A DNA stretch of 54,698 nucleotides from a virus (Duplodnaviria > Caudoviricetes), in IMG/VR virus record IMGVR_UViG_3300046714_000572, positions 1-54,698 of that record; one strand, 5' to 3'. This document shows positions 17,755 through 25,511 of the stretch, piece by piece. The position numbers and the translations under genes are program-made. How positions within the stretch are numbered: position 1 is the stretch's first letter; every line of letters begins with the position of its first letter. The notes under the pieces are model-generated. The model made no database searches. It saw only the letters and a list, made by a program, of their open reading frames with translations, and was not told the origin of the DNA.

Positions 17755-18015
17755 ATGTGGCAGGACATCGTTCTCTCGACCGTCGGCACTCTCTTCTGCG
17801 CGGCGCTGGTCCCGGCGGTGACCAACAAGTACAGCCGGATCCCGCGCAAGACGTCAGTCCCTACGGCCATCGGCCTCGCGGCGACGGCGTGCGCCTACGC
17901 CTCGCTCGGCCTCTCGTACGCCGCCGTGGTGTCGGCCGTGTGCTGCGGCATGTGGGCGTACATCGCGGTCTTCCGCCCGGCCGGCTCGCAGTTGCCGCCG
18001 GCCGAACTGCGCTAG
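17755..18015 (+). CDS. small three-TM membrane protein (PQ-loop/SemiSWEET-like size and topology)
   Basis: AGGA RBS; three hydrophobic segments in 86 aa. Confidence 0.65.
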   Translation: MWQDIVLSTVGTLFCAALVPAVTNKYSRIPRKTSVPTAIGLAATACAYASLGLSYAAVVSAVCCGMWAYIAVFRPAGSQLPPAELR

Positions 18016-18019
18016 GAAC

Positions 18020-18053
18020 TTGACCTTCTCGATCCGAGCAGGTATACTGCTCG
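18020..18053 (+). promoter_or_regulatory. sigma70-type promoter with palindrome over the -10 box
   Basis: TTGACC-17 nt-TATACT; CGAGCAG-GTATA-CTGCTCG at 18035-18053. Confidence 0.65.
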
Positions 18054-18054
18054 C

Positions 18055-18160
18055 GAGAGAAGTTGTTGTGCAGGTACTGCCACAAGTAGCTGACAACATC
18101 TACGCCGAAGCGGCGTGAAACGAGCCGGCCGGGGGAGTCAAACCCTCCGGCCGGTCTACT
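18055..18160 (+). ncRNA. candidate small structured RNA
   Basis: Follows the promoter; no credible ORF; three successive hairpins at 18062-18097, 18102-18116, 18124-18155. Confidence 0.45.
18124..18155. terminator. GC-rich hairpin between convergent transcription units
   Basis: CCGGCCGGGGG-AGTCAAA-CCCTCCGGCCGG. Confidence 0.55.
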
Positions 18161-18715
18161 TCACACGACGAAGTCCGCGCTGCCGCGCTCCGGCTTCACC
18201 AGCGCGTCGTCGTCCACGAGCCCCTGGATCGCGTCGTCGAGCGCGCGCCTCACCGGCAGGTCGGCCCGGTTGGCCGCGTTGCTCGCGAGCTGGTCGAAGA
18301 AGGGGTGCGCCGCGGCCGGGCCGACGCTGTCGACCACGAGCATGAAGGGCGGCTGGCCGGCCTTGCGCCGCGCCGCGTTCTCCTCGAGCCCCGCCTCGTA
18401 CTCCTCGCGAGTCAGCGTGCGGATGTCGAAGTCTCGCTCCGGGTAGCCGCCCGCCAGGCGCGGGTCGTCGCGAGGGTCGGCGAAGAACACCAGCTTGCTC
18501 GCCAGGATCGGGCCGAACCCCCGGCGGCCGTCGTGGTAGTACACGGCCCAGTAGTGGGGTATGTACAGCTCGGCACGCCCCTCGTTCGAGTCGACGATTA
18601 GCCTGATGGCCTCGCGCAGCGTCTTCGAGCCGATGAGCGACTTGACGCGCAGCAGCTCGGCCCCGCCGATCTCGGTGAGGATTCGCTGGTACAGCGCTGA
18701 ACGGTCGAGCGGCAC
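18161..18715 (-). CDS. virion morphogenesis/neck protein (HK97 gp10-like)
   Basis: YWAVYYHDG and AAHPFF motifs; directly downstream of portal. Confidence 0.6.
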   Translation of the reverse strand: MPLDRSALYQRILTEIGGAELLRVKSLIGSKTLREAIRLIVDSNEGRAELYIPHYWAVYYHDGRRGFGPILASKLVFFADPRDDPRLAGGYPERDFDIRTLTREEYEAGLEENAARRKAGQPPFMLVVDSVGPAAAHPFFDQLASNAANRADLPVRRALDDAIQGLVDDDALVKPERGSADFVV

Positions 18716-18717
18716 GA

Positions 18718-20433
18718 CTACTGCGCTGCGGGGTCGCTCGCCTGCCGGTCGTGCGCGCTGCCGAGCAGTCCCTGGTTCGGGTCGCGCCCAGAGCCGGTGA
18801 TCGGCTGGCGCATGCTCGCCATCGTGTTGGCCGCTGCCGGCGTCATGCCGTCGAGCAGCGTCTTGAAGCCGTTGCCAGGCGTGACGTGGATCGGCATCCC
18901 GTTCTCGTCCGTCGGCCCGCCGCCCCCGGCTCCGCCCGCGGCCATCGCCGCGTTCGGGTCCGGCGCGGCCACCGAGGGGCCGGTCGTGGTCTGCGACGCC
19001 GTCGGGCCGAGCGCGCCCGCGGCCTTCGCGATCGGCGACGTCGGAGCCGGTGCTCCGGCCGCCTGAGGCCCGGGCAGCGCCGGCGAGCCAGGAGCGCCCG
19101 CGGGCGCGACCGGCGGCTTCGCCTTGACCGAGCCGCCGAGGAACTGCTCGGCCCTGAGCTTCTCCTTCGAGCCGTCCGGCTGCGCGAACTCCGTCTCCTT
19201 CGCGCCCAGCGTGCGCGCGAAGATCGTGCTGAAGTTCCGCTGCGCCGGACCGATCTTGCGCTTCTGGATCAGCATGAGCGCGTTCGGCCCCTCGTTCACC
19301 GCGCCGATCTTCGCCGGCAGAGCCACGTTCGCCAGCATAGGCGGGACGCCGTGCGCCGTGGTGATGAGCATCGCGAGCGTCATCGACTTGTCGCTGAAGC
19401 CGTCCTTGCCGCCGTCGTCCATCGCGAGGCGCTCGATCTGGACGGAGGTGTCCTGCGTCGAGCTGGGGATCTGCACCGCGCACGTCTTGTGGGAGTTCCC
19501 CGAGCCCTGGCTCGCGCGCAGCATGTTCTCGAACTTCTCCCACGTCTTCGTGGTGGCGTTCGGGCTGATGAGGAAGGCGATGAACTCGGGCACCGCGCGG
19601 TTGAAGTAGAAGTCGAACTCGTGCTGCGTCATGCACTGCACCAGCTCGATCGACGGCACCGCGGACATGTAGTCGGGAAAGCCGTACCAACGCGAGCGGT
19701 TGCGCGACTGCCGGATGTGGATGACCTCCGAGTTGGTGATCGTGCCGCTCGGCGAGCTGCGCCGCGAGCGCTGCGCGTCGTTCGCGTTCACCGTGTTCGG
19801 GTCGACGCCGCCGTCGGTCTGCACGCCGAAGCGCTTCTTCAGCTCCGCGAGGTCTCCCCACTTCGCCATCACGGTCGTCATGCCGGAGGCCGTCTCGCCC
19901 TCGACGACGTAGTGGTACAGCTCGGAGTTGTTCTCCTCCTCGACCTCGACGCGACACTGGCGGGACTCGATGTGTCCGAGGCCCGTCACCAGGTTCGGGT
20001 TCGACTCGTCGTTGCGCACCACCTCGAGGAAGCACTCGCCGGTCTCCCAGTAGTCGTCGGCCATCGCGTCGAGCGTGTCCTGCCAGGAGAACTGGCACAG
20101 CGGGTCGAGGATCTCGTGGATCGTCTCGTCGCGGTGGCCGAGGCCCACCGTCGCCGACGCCTTCGCGTCGATGCACGCGGCGTGCGTGGTGTTCGCGTCG
20201 CGCAGCTCGCGCGCCACGTCCTTGTCGATCAGCGGCGTGCGCGCGCCGACGGCGATGCCCTGGTTCGTCTTGTCCTTCGGGTCGACCGGCTTCACCGCCT
20301 GCCCGTCGGCGGTGGACTTGCGCAGCAGGCGCCAGGTGAGGCCCTCGGCGCCGTAGATGTCCCGCGTCTTCCTCTCCGACCGGATGAGCTTGAAGTCGGG
20401 CTGGGCGGGGGCGGACGGCGTCTCGTCGCTCAT
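18718..20433 (-). CDS. portal protein (PBSX/P2 Q-like) with Pro/Ala/Gly-rich C-terminal extension
   Basis: NTTHAACIDAKA, WETGECFLEV, EVIHI...YGFPDY, AHGVPPML. Confidence 0.88.
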   Translation of the reverse strand: MSDETPSAPAQPDFKLIRSERKTRDIYGAEGLTWRLLRKSTADGQAVKPVDPKDKTNQGIAVGARTPLIDKDVARELRDANTTHAACIDAKASATVGLGHRDETIHEILDPLCQFSWQDTLDAMADDYWETGECFLEVVRNDESNPNLVTGLGHIESRQCRVEVEEENNSELYHYVVEGETASGMTTVMAKWGDLAELKKRFGVQTDGGVDPNTVNANDAQRSRRSSPSGTITNSEVIHIRQSRNRSRWYGFPDYMSAVPSIELVQCMTQHEFDFYFNRAVPEFIAFLISPNATTKTWEKFENMLRASQGSGNSHKTCAVQIPSSTQDTSVQIERLAMDDGGKDGFSDKSMTLAMLITTAHGVPPMLANVALPAKIGAVNEGPNALMLIQKRKIGPAQRNFSTIFARTLGAKETEFAQPDGSKEKLRAEQFLGGSVKAKPPVAPAGAPGSPALPGPQAAGAPAPTSPIAKAAGALGPTASQTTTGPSVAAPDPNAAMAAGGAGGGGPTDENGMPIHVTPGNGFKTLLDGMTPAAANTMASMRQPITGSGRDPNQGLLGSAHDRQASDPAAQ

Positions 20434-20486
20434 GTGTCGATCCTGGGGATAGTGCTACCCCCTCGAAAGAGATTCTCGGTTTTCCC

Positions 20487-20541
20487 TTGGCGGGCCTGCC
20501 ACATCGGCAGTATTCTACAGGCTTGGCTGCCAGGATGGCAG
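20487..20541. promoter_or_regulatory. divergent late promoters with two CTGCC-N5-GGCAG boxes
   Basis: + strand TTGGCG-18-TATTCT; - strand -10 TAGAAT (20512-20517); boxes at 20496-20510 and 20527-20541. Confidence 0.6.
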
Positions 20542-20607
20542 TCCTTTCTCGGATTCCTGTCGCAGATGCCCACAGAACACGCCGCAGGCGCCGTCCCGGA
20601 GGCCTCC

Positions 20608-21915
20608 ATGCCGATCTCCAAGTCCGTCCTCGACGCCGCCGCCCGCAAGAAGATCCCCCACGGGGACTTCGCCGGCCCCGACGAGTCCTACCCCATCGAG
20701 GACGAGGCCCACGCCCGCAACGCGCTGGCGCGCGCGGCGCAGAACGGCGACCCGGCGCTGATCGCCCGCGTCAAGGCGGCCGTGCGGAAGAAGTACCCGC
20801 ACATCGCGGTCGACGGCGAGCCGACGTCGAAGGCGCGCCGCATCAAGGCCGCGGCCATCACCAGCATCGCGCTCTGCAAGCGCGGCGTCAACGGCTTCCG
20901 CACGCTGCTCAAGGCCGACGGCTCGCTCTGCTGGGAGACGCTCACCAAGACGGCCGGGGAGAACGAGCTGCTCAACGTGGTGTACGCGCCGGACCGCGAG
21001 GACGGCGACGGCGAGTTCGCCTCGGCCGAGGTCATCAAGGCCGCGGCCCACGCCTACAACCGCGACCACCGCGAGCTGGACATCGAGCACGACGGGAAGC
21101 CCCTCTCCAACGAGGACGCCTACGTCGCCGAATCCTTCATCGTGGCGAAGGGCGACGAGCGCTTCGCGGACTGGAAGGGCTACGACGGCCAGCCGGTCGG
21201 CGACCTCACGGGCGCCTGGGCCACGGTCATCAAGCTCGAGAGTCCGGTGCTCCAGAAGGCGTACCGCGACGGAGAACTCGACGGAGTAAGCATGTTCGGG
21301 CAAGCAGCCCTCGAGCGTGTCGATACCACGGCTGCCTCGAAGCGCGTCGCCGACAGGCTCGGCAAGTCGCGCGACGCACAACAGGAACAGGAGATCGAGA
21401 TGGACGAGAAGCAACTGAAGGAGATCCTCTCCGGCTTCAAGGCGGAGATGGTCGAGGTCGTGAAGAGCACCGTCGCCACGCTGTCGAAGCCGGCGGAGAA
21501 GACCGAAGAGAAGGCGACCGACGAGACCCCGGTCTTCAGCGGCGACGCGACGAAGCCGGCGGACCTCGAGGCCTTCGCGGGCGTCCTCAAGGCCCACGAG
21601 ATCAACAAGTCGCTCAAGAGCGGCAAGATGACCGCCGAGCAGATCGTCGCGCTGGCGAAGTCGCTCTCGGCCGTCGAGCCGTCCGACGAGGACGCGGGCG
21701 TCGTGGCCGGCGACTCGCCGGAGGTGATCGGCCTGAAGCGCCAGCTCTTCAAGGCGCAGCGCACGCGCAACGCGCCCGAGGGCGGAGCGTCCGCCGACGA
21801 GGGCGTCGAGTCGATCGCGAAGGCCGCGGCCGACGAGGGCCGCTCCATCGCGGCAGTCTACAACGAGCAGCGTGGGTCCCGGACCGAATCCGGCATGCGT
21901 CTCGTCAAGAGCTGA
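20608..21915 (+). CDS. prohead protease (XkdF-like) with extra N-terminal domain and C-terminal scaffold
   Basis: GGAGG RBS; YAPD..D..GE, DIEHDG, VAESFI, GAW, LDGVSMFG; upstream of decoration and capsid genes. Confidence 0.8.
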   Translation: MPISKSVLDAAARKKIPHGDFAGPDESYPIEDEAHARNALARAAQNGDPALIARVKAAVRKKYPHIAVDGEPTSKARRIKAAAITSIALCKRGVNGFRTLLKADGSLCWETLTKTAGENELLNVVYAPDREDGDGEFASAEVIKAAAHAYNRDHRELDIEHDGKPLSNEDAYVAESFIVAKGDERFADWKGYDGQPVGDLTGAWATVIKLESPVLQKAYRDGELDGVSMFGQAALERVDTTAASKRVADRLGKSRDAQQEQEIEMDEKQLKEILSGFKAEMVEVVKSTVATLSKPAEKTEEKATDETPVFSGDATKPADLEAFAGVLKAHEINKSLKSGKMTAEQIVALAKSLSAVEPSDEDAGVVAGDSPEVIGLKRQLFKAQRTRNAPEGGASADEGVESIAKAAADEGRSIAAVYNEQRGSRTESGMRLVKS

Positions 21916-21964
21916 GCCACAGCTTCCACCGAACCAACTCAGACAACTCTAGGAGCAGAACAAA

Positions 21965-22711
21965 ATGGCACTGCAAAACGAACAGCTCGGCGGAGACGTG
22001 GTCAGTCAGACCCCGAACCTGCGAGCCTTCCCGTACCAGGACGGCATCCAGCCGGGCAAGCTGGCGTCCTACTCGCCCGACCGCGAGCTTCCGAACCTCA
22101 CTCCGCTGTTCTACGACGACGCGAACAGCCAGTGGGCCGTGTGGCTGGGACAGGGCAGCGAGGTCAACACCATCACGTCGAACGCCACCCCGGCCACCGC
22201 CGGCACGTTCACGCTGACGGTCAACGGCCAGACCACGGCCGGCATCGCGTTCAACGCGACCGCCGCGATCGTGCAGGCCGCCCTCGAGGCCCTCTCGAAC
22301 GTCGCCCCCGGCGACGTGGTCGCCGTCGCGACCTCGGGCGCGAACCTCGGCGTCGCCAGCGCGGTCGTCACCCTGAACTGGGGCGGCGCCTACGCTGGTC
22401 AGAACGTCACCATCACCGCCAACATGGCGGGCCTGACCGGCAACCCGCACGTCTTCGCGACGAGCACTCAGGGCGGCATCGCGCCGGCCGACGGCTCGAT
22501 CATCGACGGCTTCCTGTGGGCGCCGGAAGTCCCGCACACGGCCCTCGCGGCCGGCGAGACGCTGATCCAGGTCTTCAAGATGGGCGTCATCCACGCTGCC
22601 GACGTCCCCGTTCCGGACGGTGAGTCGCAGCTCGACCTCAACGAGGCCCTCCTGGGCTCGAGCCTTCGCGAGAAGGGCATCAACCTCCAGGGCCTTCCCG
22701 GAATCCACTGA
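21965..22711 (+). CDS. head decoration protein with inserted beta-rich domain
   Basis: Between protease and capsid; insert GTFTLTVNGQTTAGIAFNATAA.VQAALEAL. Confidence 0.65.
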   Translation: MALQNEQLGGDVVSQTPNLRAFPYQDGIQPGKLASYSPDRELPNLTPLFYDDANSQWAVWLGQGSEVNTITSNATPATAGTFTLTVNGQTTAGIAFNATAAIVQAALEALSNVAPGDVVAVATSGANLGVASAVVTLNWGGAYAGQNVTITANMAGLTGNPHVFATSTQGGIAPADGSIIDGFLWAPEVPHTALAAGETLIQVFKMGVIHAADVPVPDGESQLDLNEALLGSSLREKGINLQGLPGIH

Positions 22712-22758
22712 TCGTGCTGAGCTGAACAAAGCACACAAGAAAGAACTAGGAGAATCAC

Positions 22759-23820
22759 ATGCCCACCAGTGCAGACGTTCTCAGTTACAGCACGCTCACC
22801 CCGGCTGTCAACGAGATGAAGAGCCCGAACTCCATGCTGAAGAACATGTTCTTCAGCAGGAACGTTCCGGTTGCCACCCGCAACATCGAACTGAGCTTCC
22901 TCCGGCGCGGCCGGAAGATCGCCCCGTTCGTCAAGCGCAACGGCGCGGGGATCATGACGAGCGGCCGGAACGAGGAGTTCCGCGTCGTGTCGCCGGCCCA
23001 CATCCGCGTCAAGCGCCCGATGACGCCGACCGAGCTGCTCAACAAGCGCCGCCCGGGTTCGGTCATCCACATCGACGCGGGCGGGATCGCCGCCGCAGCC
23101 CGTCAGTACATGGCCGACGAACTCGGCATGCTGATGGACGACGTGGACAACTCCGAGGAGTACCTGTGTGCGCTGGCCCTCCGCGGCTCGCTCAGCTACG
23201 TCGCGGAAGACGAAGCGGCCTTCGAGATCGACTTCCTCCGCAGCGCGACGCACGACGTCACGCTGACGGGAGCCGACCTCTGGTCCGCCACCACGTCCAG
23301 CCCGCGGGCTGACTTCCTCACCGCGCTCCAGCTCGTGAACGACGACGTGTCGCTCAACGTGACGGACGTGGTCCTCGGCGCCGACGCCGCGGATGCCTTC
23401 ATCTCGCACGCTCAGGTCCAGACCCAGCTCAACATCAACACCGGTGTCGCGCTTCGCATGGGCCTGATCGACATGACGAACCAGTTCCAGGAGTCGGGCG
23501 CGATGCTGCTCGGCGAGTTCGTCCACGGGATCCGCGTCTGGCGCTACGCGCGCCAGGTCGAGGTCGCCGGGGTCGCCGTCGACCTGATCCGTCCCGACCA
23601 CGCGGAGTTCATCGCCCGCACCCCGGCCGCGCAGATGGTCACGTACTACGGCGCGATCGAGGACATGAAGGCGATCGGCGCGGGCCAGGTCCTCCAGTCC
23701 AAGCGCTTCTCGAAGAGCTGGGAAGAGGAAGATCCGTCCGCTCGCATGCTGCTCGTCGAGTCGAACCCGCTGCCCTGCATGCGGCGTCCCGACGCGACGG
23801 TCTCGATGAAGGTCGTCTGA
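22759..23820 (+). CDS. major capsid protein (lambda gpE-like)
   Basis: IAPFV, P.HIR.K, SKSWEEEDPS...L..ESNPLP; 353 aa; AGGAG RBS. Confidence 0.9.
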   Translation: MPTSADVLSYSTLTPAVNEMKSPNSMLKNMFFSRNVPVATRNIELSFLRRGRKIAPFVKRNGAGIMTSGRNEEFRVVSPAHIRVKRPMTPTELLNKRRPGSVIHIDAGGIAAAARQYMADELGMLMDDVDNSEEYLCALALRGSLSYVAEDEAAFEIDFLRSATHDVTLTGADLWSATTSSPRADFLTALQLVNDDVSLNVTDVVLGADAADAFISHAQVQTQLNINTGVALRMGLIDMTNQFQESGAMLLGEFVHGIRVWRYARQVEVAGVAVDLIRPDHAEFIARTPAAQMVTYYGAIEDMKAIGAGQVLQSKRFSKSWEEEDPSARMLLVESNPLPCMRRPDATVSMKVV

Positions 23821-23840
23821 TCTTCGCGAGCTGAACCTAC

Positions 23841-23877
23841 CAGGGGCCGGGCGCGCCCGGCGAGTGCCCGGCCCCTG
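23841..23877 (+). terminator. hairpin after the capsid gene
   Basis: CAGGGGCCGGGC...GCCCGGCCCCTG inverted repeat. Confidence 0.6.
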
Positions 23878-23924
23878 CATTCTCTCCCCGCCGGAGGCAG
23901 ACCATACAGACAATCGGAGGCAAC

Positions 23925-24509
23925 GTGAGTCAGTACAGGGTAGCAAGAGGGGTCATCAGGAAGCCCCGCGATCCGCTCTCCGCGCGCAAGGTCGCGACGG
24001 CGGCCGACTACATCGGCCAGGGCGAGGCGATCCCCGAGGGGATGCTGAGCGAGGCGGAGATCGCGAATCTCCTGGCGACGGGCTACATCGAACCGATCGG
24101 CCTGATCGCTCCGGGCGTGCTCGAGCCGACGGTGAAGCGCGGCAAGTGGAGCGTGGACCCGGCGGCGCTCGTGGCGAAGAGCCTCGAGGACATGCTCGTC
24201 ATGGTGCTCGAGATCGACCCGGACTACGACGTCGCGGCGCTCGAGACGGTGACGGCCGCGGCTACGCAGCTCACCGCCGACTGGAACCCGGCCTTCCGCG
24301 AGGCCGTGGCGCTGTCGAACGACCGCACGCGCCCGGCACCACTGCGCTCCACCGCGAAGGTGAACCGTGACGGCAAGGTCGTCGAGGTCCGCGGCGCGCG
24401 CGACGTGGCCGAGATCCCCATGAGCGACTCGTCGAAGGAGATCCTCGACCGCGCCAGGGCGCAGGCGGCCCAGCAGGCCCCCGGCAAGGGAGACCAGCCG
24501 CAGGGCTGA
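23925..24509 (+). CDS. hypothetical head-associated protein
   Basis: GGAGG RBS; follows the capsid gene. Confidence 0.65.
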   Translation: MSQYRVARGVIRKPRDPLSARKVATAADYIGQGEAIPEGMLSEAEIANLLATGYIEPIGLIAPGVLEPTVKRGKWSVDPAALVAKSLEDMLVMVLEIDPDYDVAALETVTAAATQLTADWNPAFREAVALSNDRTRPAPLRSTAKVNRDGKVVEVRGARDVAEIPMSDSSKEILDRARAQAAQQAPGKGDQPQG

Positions 24510-24520
24510 GGAGCAGTGAC

Positions 24521-25072
24521 GTGACCGACCCGCTGTTTGTCCAGGACCTCGATACCCTGAAGAAGTTGGTGCGGCTCTCAGGAGTGCCCGCCAGCCGCGA
24601 GGACACCCTCGCGATCCTCGACGAGGCGATTCTCAACGCCCGCCTGGAGTTCTATCGCAGGCTGGGCAGACAGCGGGTCACCAACTTGGTCGGCATGGCG
24701 TTCGTCTCGAACCCGACCACGGAGGACGAGGTCGTGCGCGCGCTGGCGAACGTCGTCGAGACCGACCTCGTCTACGTGCAGCTCCTGCGCAAGCTCCCGA
24801 ACCTCTTCCAGGACGCCTCGGGCGACGCGCAGCGGCGCTGGAACGAGGAGGCGCCCTTCCGCGAGCGCGGCGGTACGCCGCTCCAGAAGGAGATCCAGAC
24901 CCGCCTCGACAAGATCGAGGAGAACATGGAGCTGCTCGCCGAGGAGGAGTCGATCCCCGACGAGACCCAGATCAAGACCTTCGACGGGACGCGCCTCACG
25001 CGGGCGCCTCGACCCGGCGACTCACTTCGACCTTTCCATCGTCGCTGCGGCGGCGTCTTTCCACAGGACTGA
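24521..25072 (+). CDS. putative head-tail adaptor
   Basis: GAGGAG RBS; helical 183 aa; position only. Confidence 0.5.
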   Translation: MTDPLFVQDLDTLKKLVRLSGVPASREDTLAILDEAILNARLEFYRRLGRQRVTNLVGMAFVSNPTTEDEVVRALANVVETDLVYVQLLRKLPNLFQDASGDAQRRWNEEAPFRERGGTPLQKEIQTRLDKIEENMELLAEEESIPDETQIKTFDGTRLTRAPRPGDSLRPFHRRCGGVFPQD

Positions 25073-25077
25073 TTCAC

Positions 25078-25479
25078 ATGGCAAACGCTCTCTACGGGCT
25101 CGGCCGAGCCGCCTTCGGCAACGCCGGCATCAACTGGACCTCGGACAACATCAAGGTCGCGCTGGTCGACTCGGCCGTGTACACGCCGAGCATCAACGTG
25201 GACGACTTCCTCAACGACATCGCCTCGGTCGTGGCGACGTCGGGCAACCTCGCGAGCAAGACCAACACGCTCGGCGTGATGGACGCCGCGGACATCACGT
25301 TCACGGCCGTCACCGGCGCGCAGAGCGAGTACCTCGTGATCTACAAGGACACGGGCACAGCCTCCACCAGCGCGCTGATCGCTCTGATCGACACAGCGAC
25401 GAACCTCCCGATCACCCCCAACGGCGGCGACATCACCGTGCAGTGGGACAACGGGGCGAACAAAATCTTCAAGCTCTGA
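25078..25479 (+). CDS. small beta-rich virion protein
   Basis: AGGA RBS; MANALY...IKVALVD...DAADITF...PNGGDITVQW. Confidence 0.75.
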   Translation: MANALYGLGRAAFGNAGINWTSDNIKVALVDSAVYTPSINVDDFLNDIASVVATSGNLASKTNTLGVMDAADITFTAVTGAQSEYLVIYKDTGTASTSALIALIDTATNLPITPNGGDITVQWDNGANKIFKL

Positions 25480-25511
25480 TCGCGAGCTGAGGACCAAGGA
25501 GCCCAGAGACA

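Noticed and set aside
18088-18125. Hammerhead-like CTGACAA...stem...GAAAC
   Set aside because: Core deviates from CUGANGA, extra bases precede stem II, and I found no stem I/III with a cleavage triplet
18124-18160. tRNA gene
   Set aside because: Only a T-arm/acceptor-like hairpin; no TTC loop, D arm, anticodon arm or CCA
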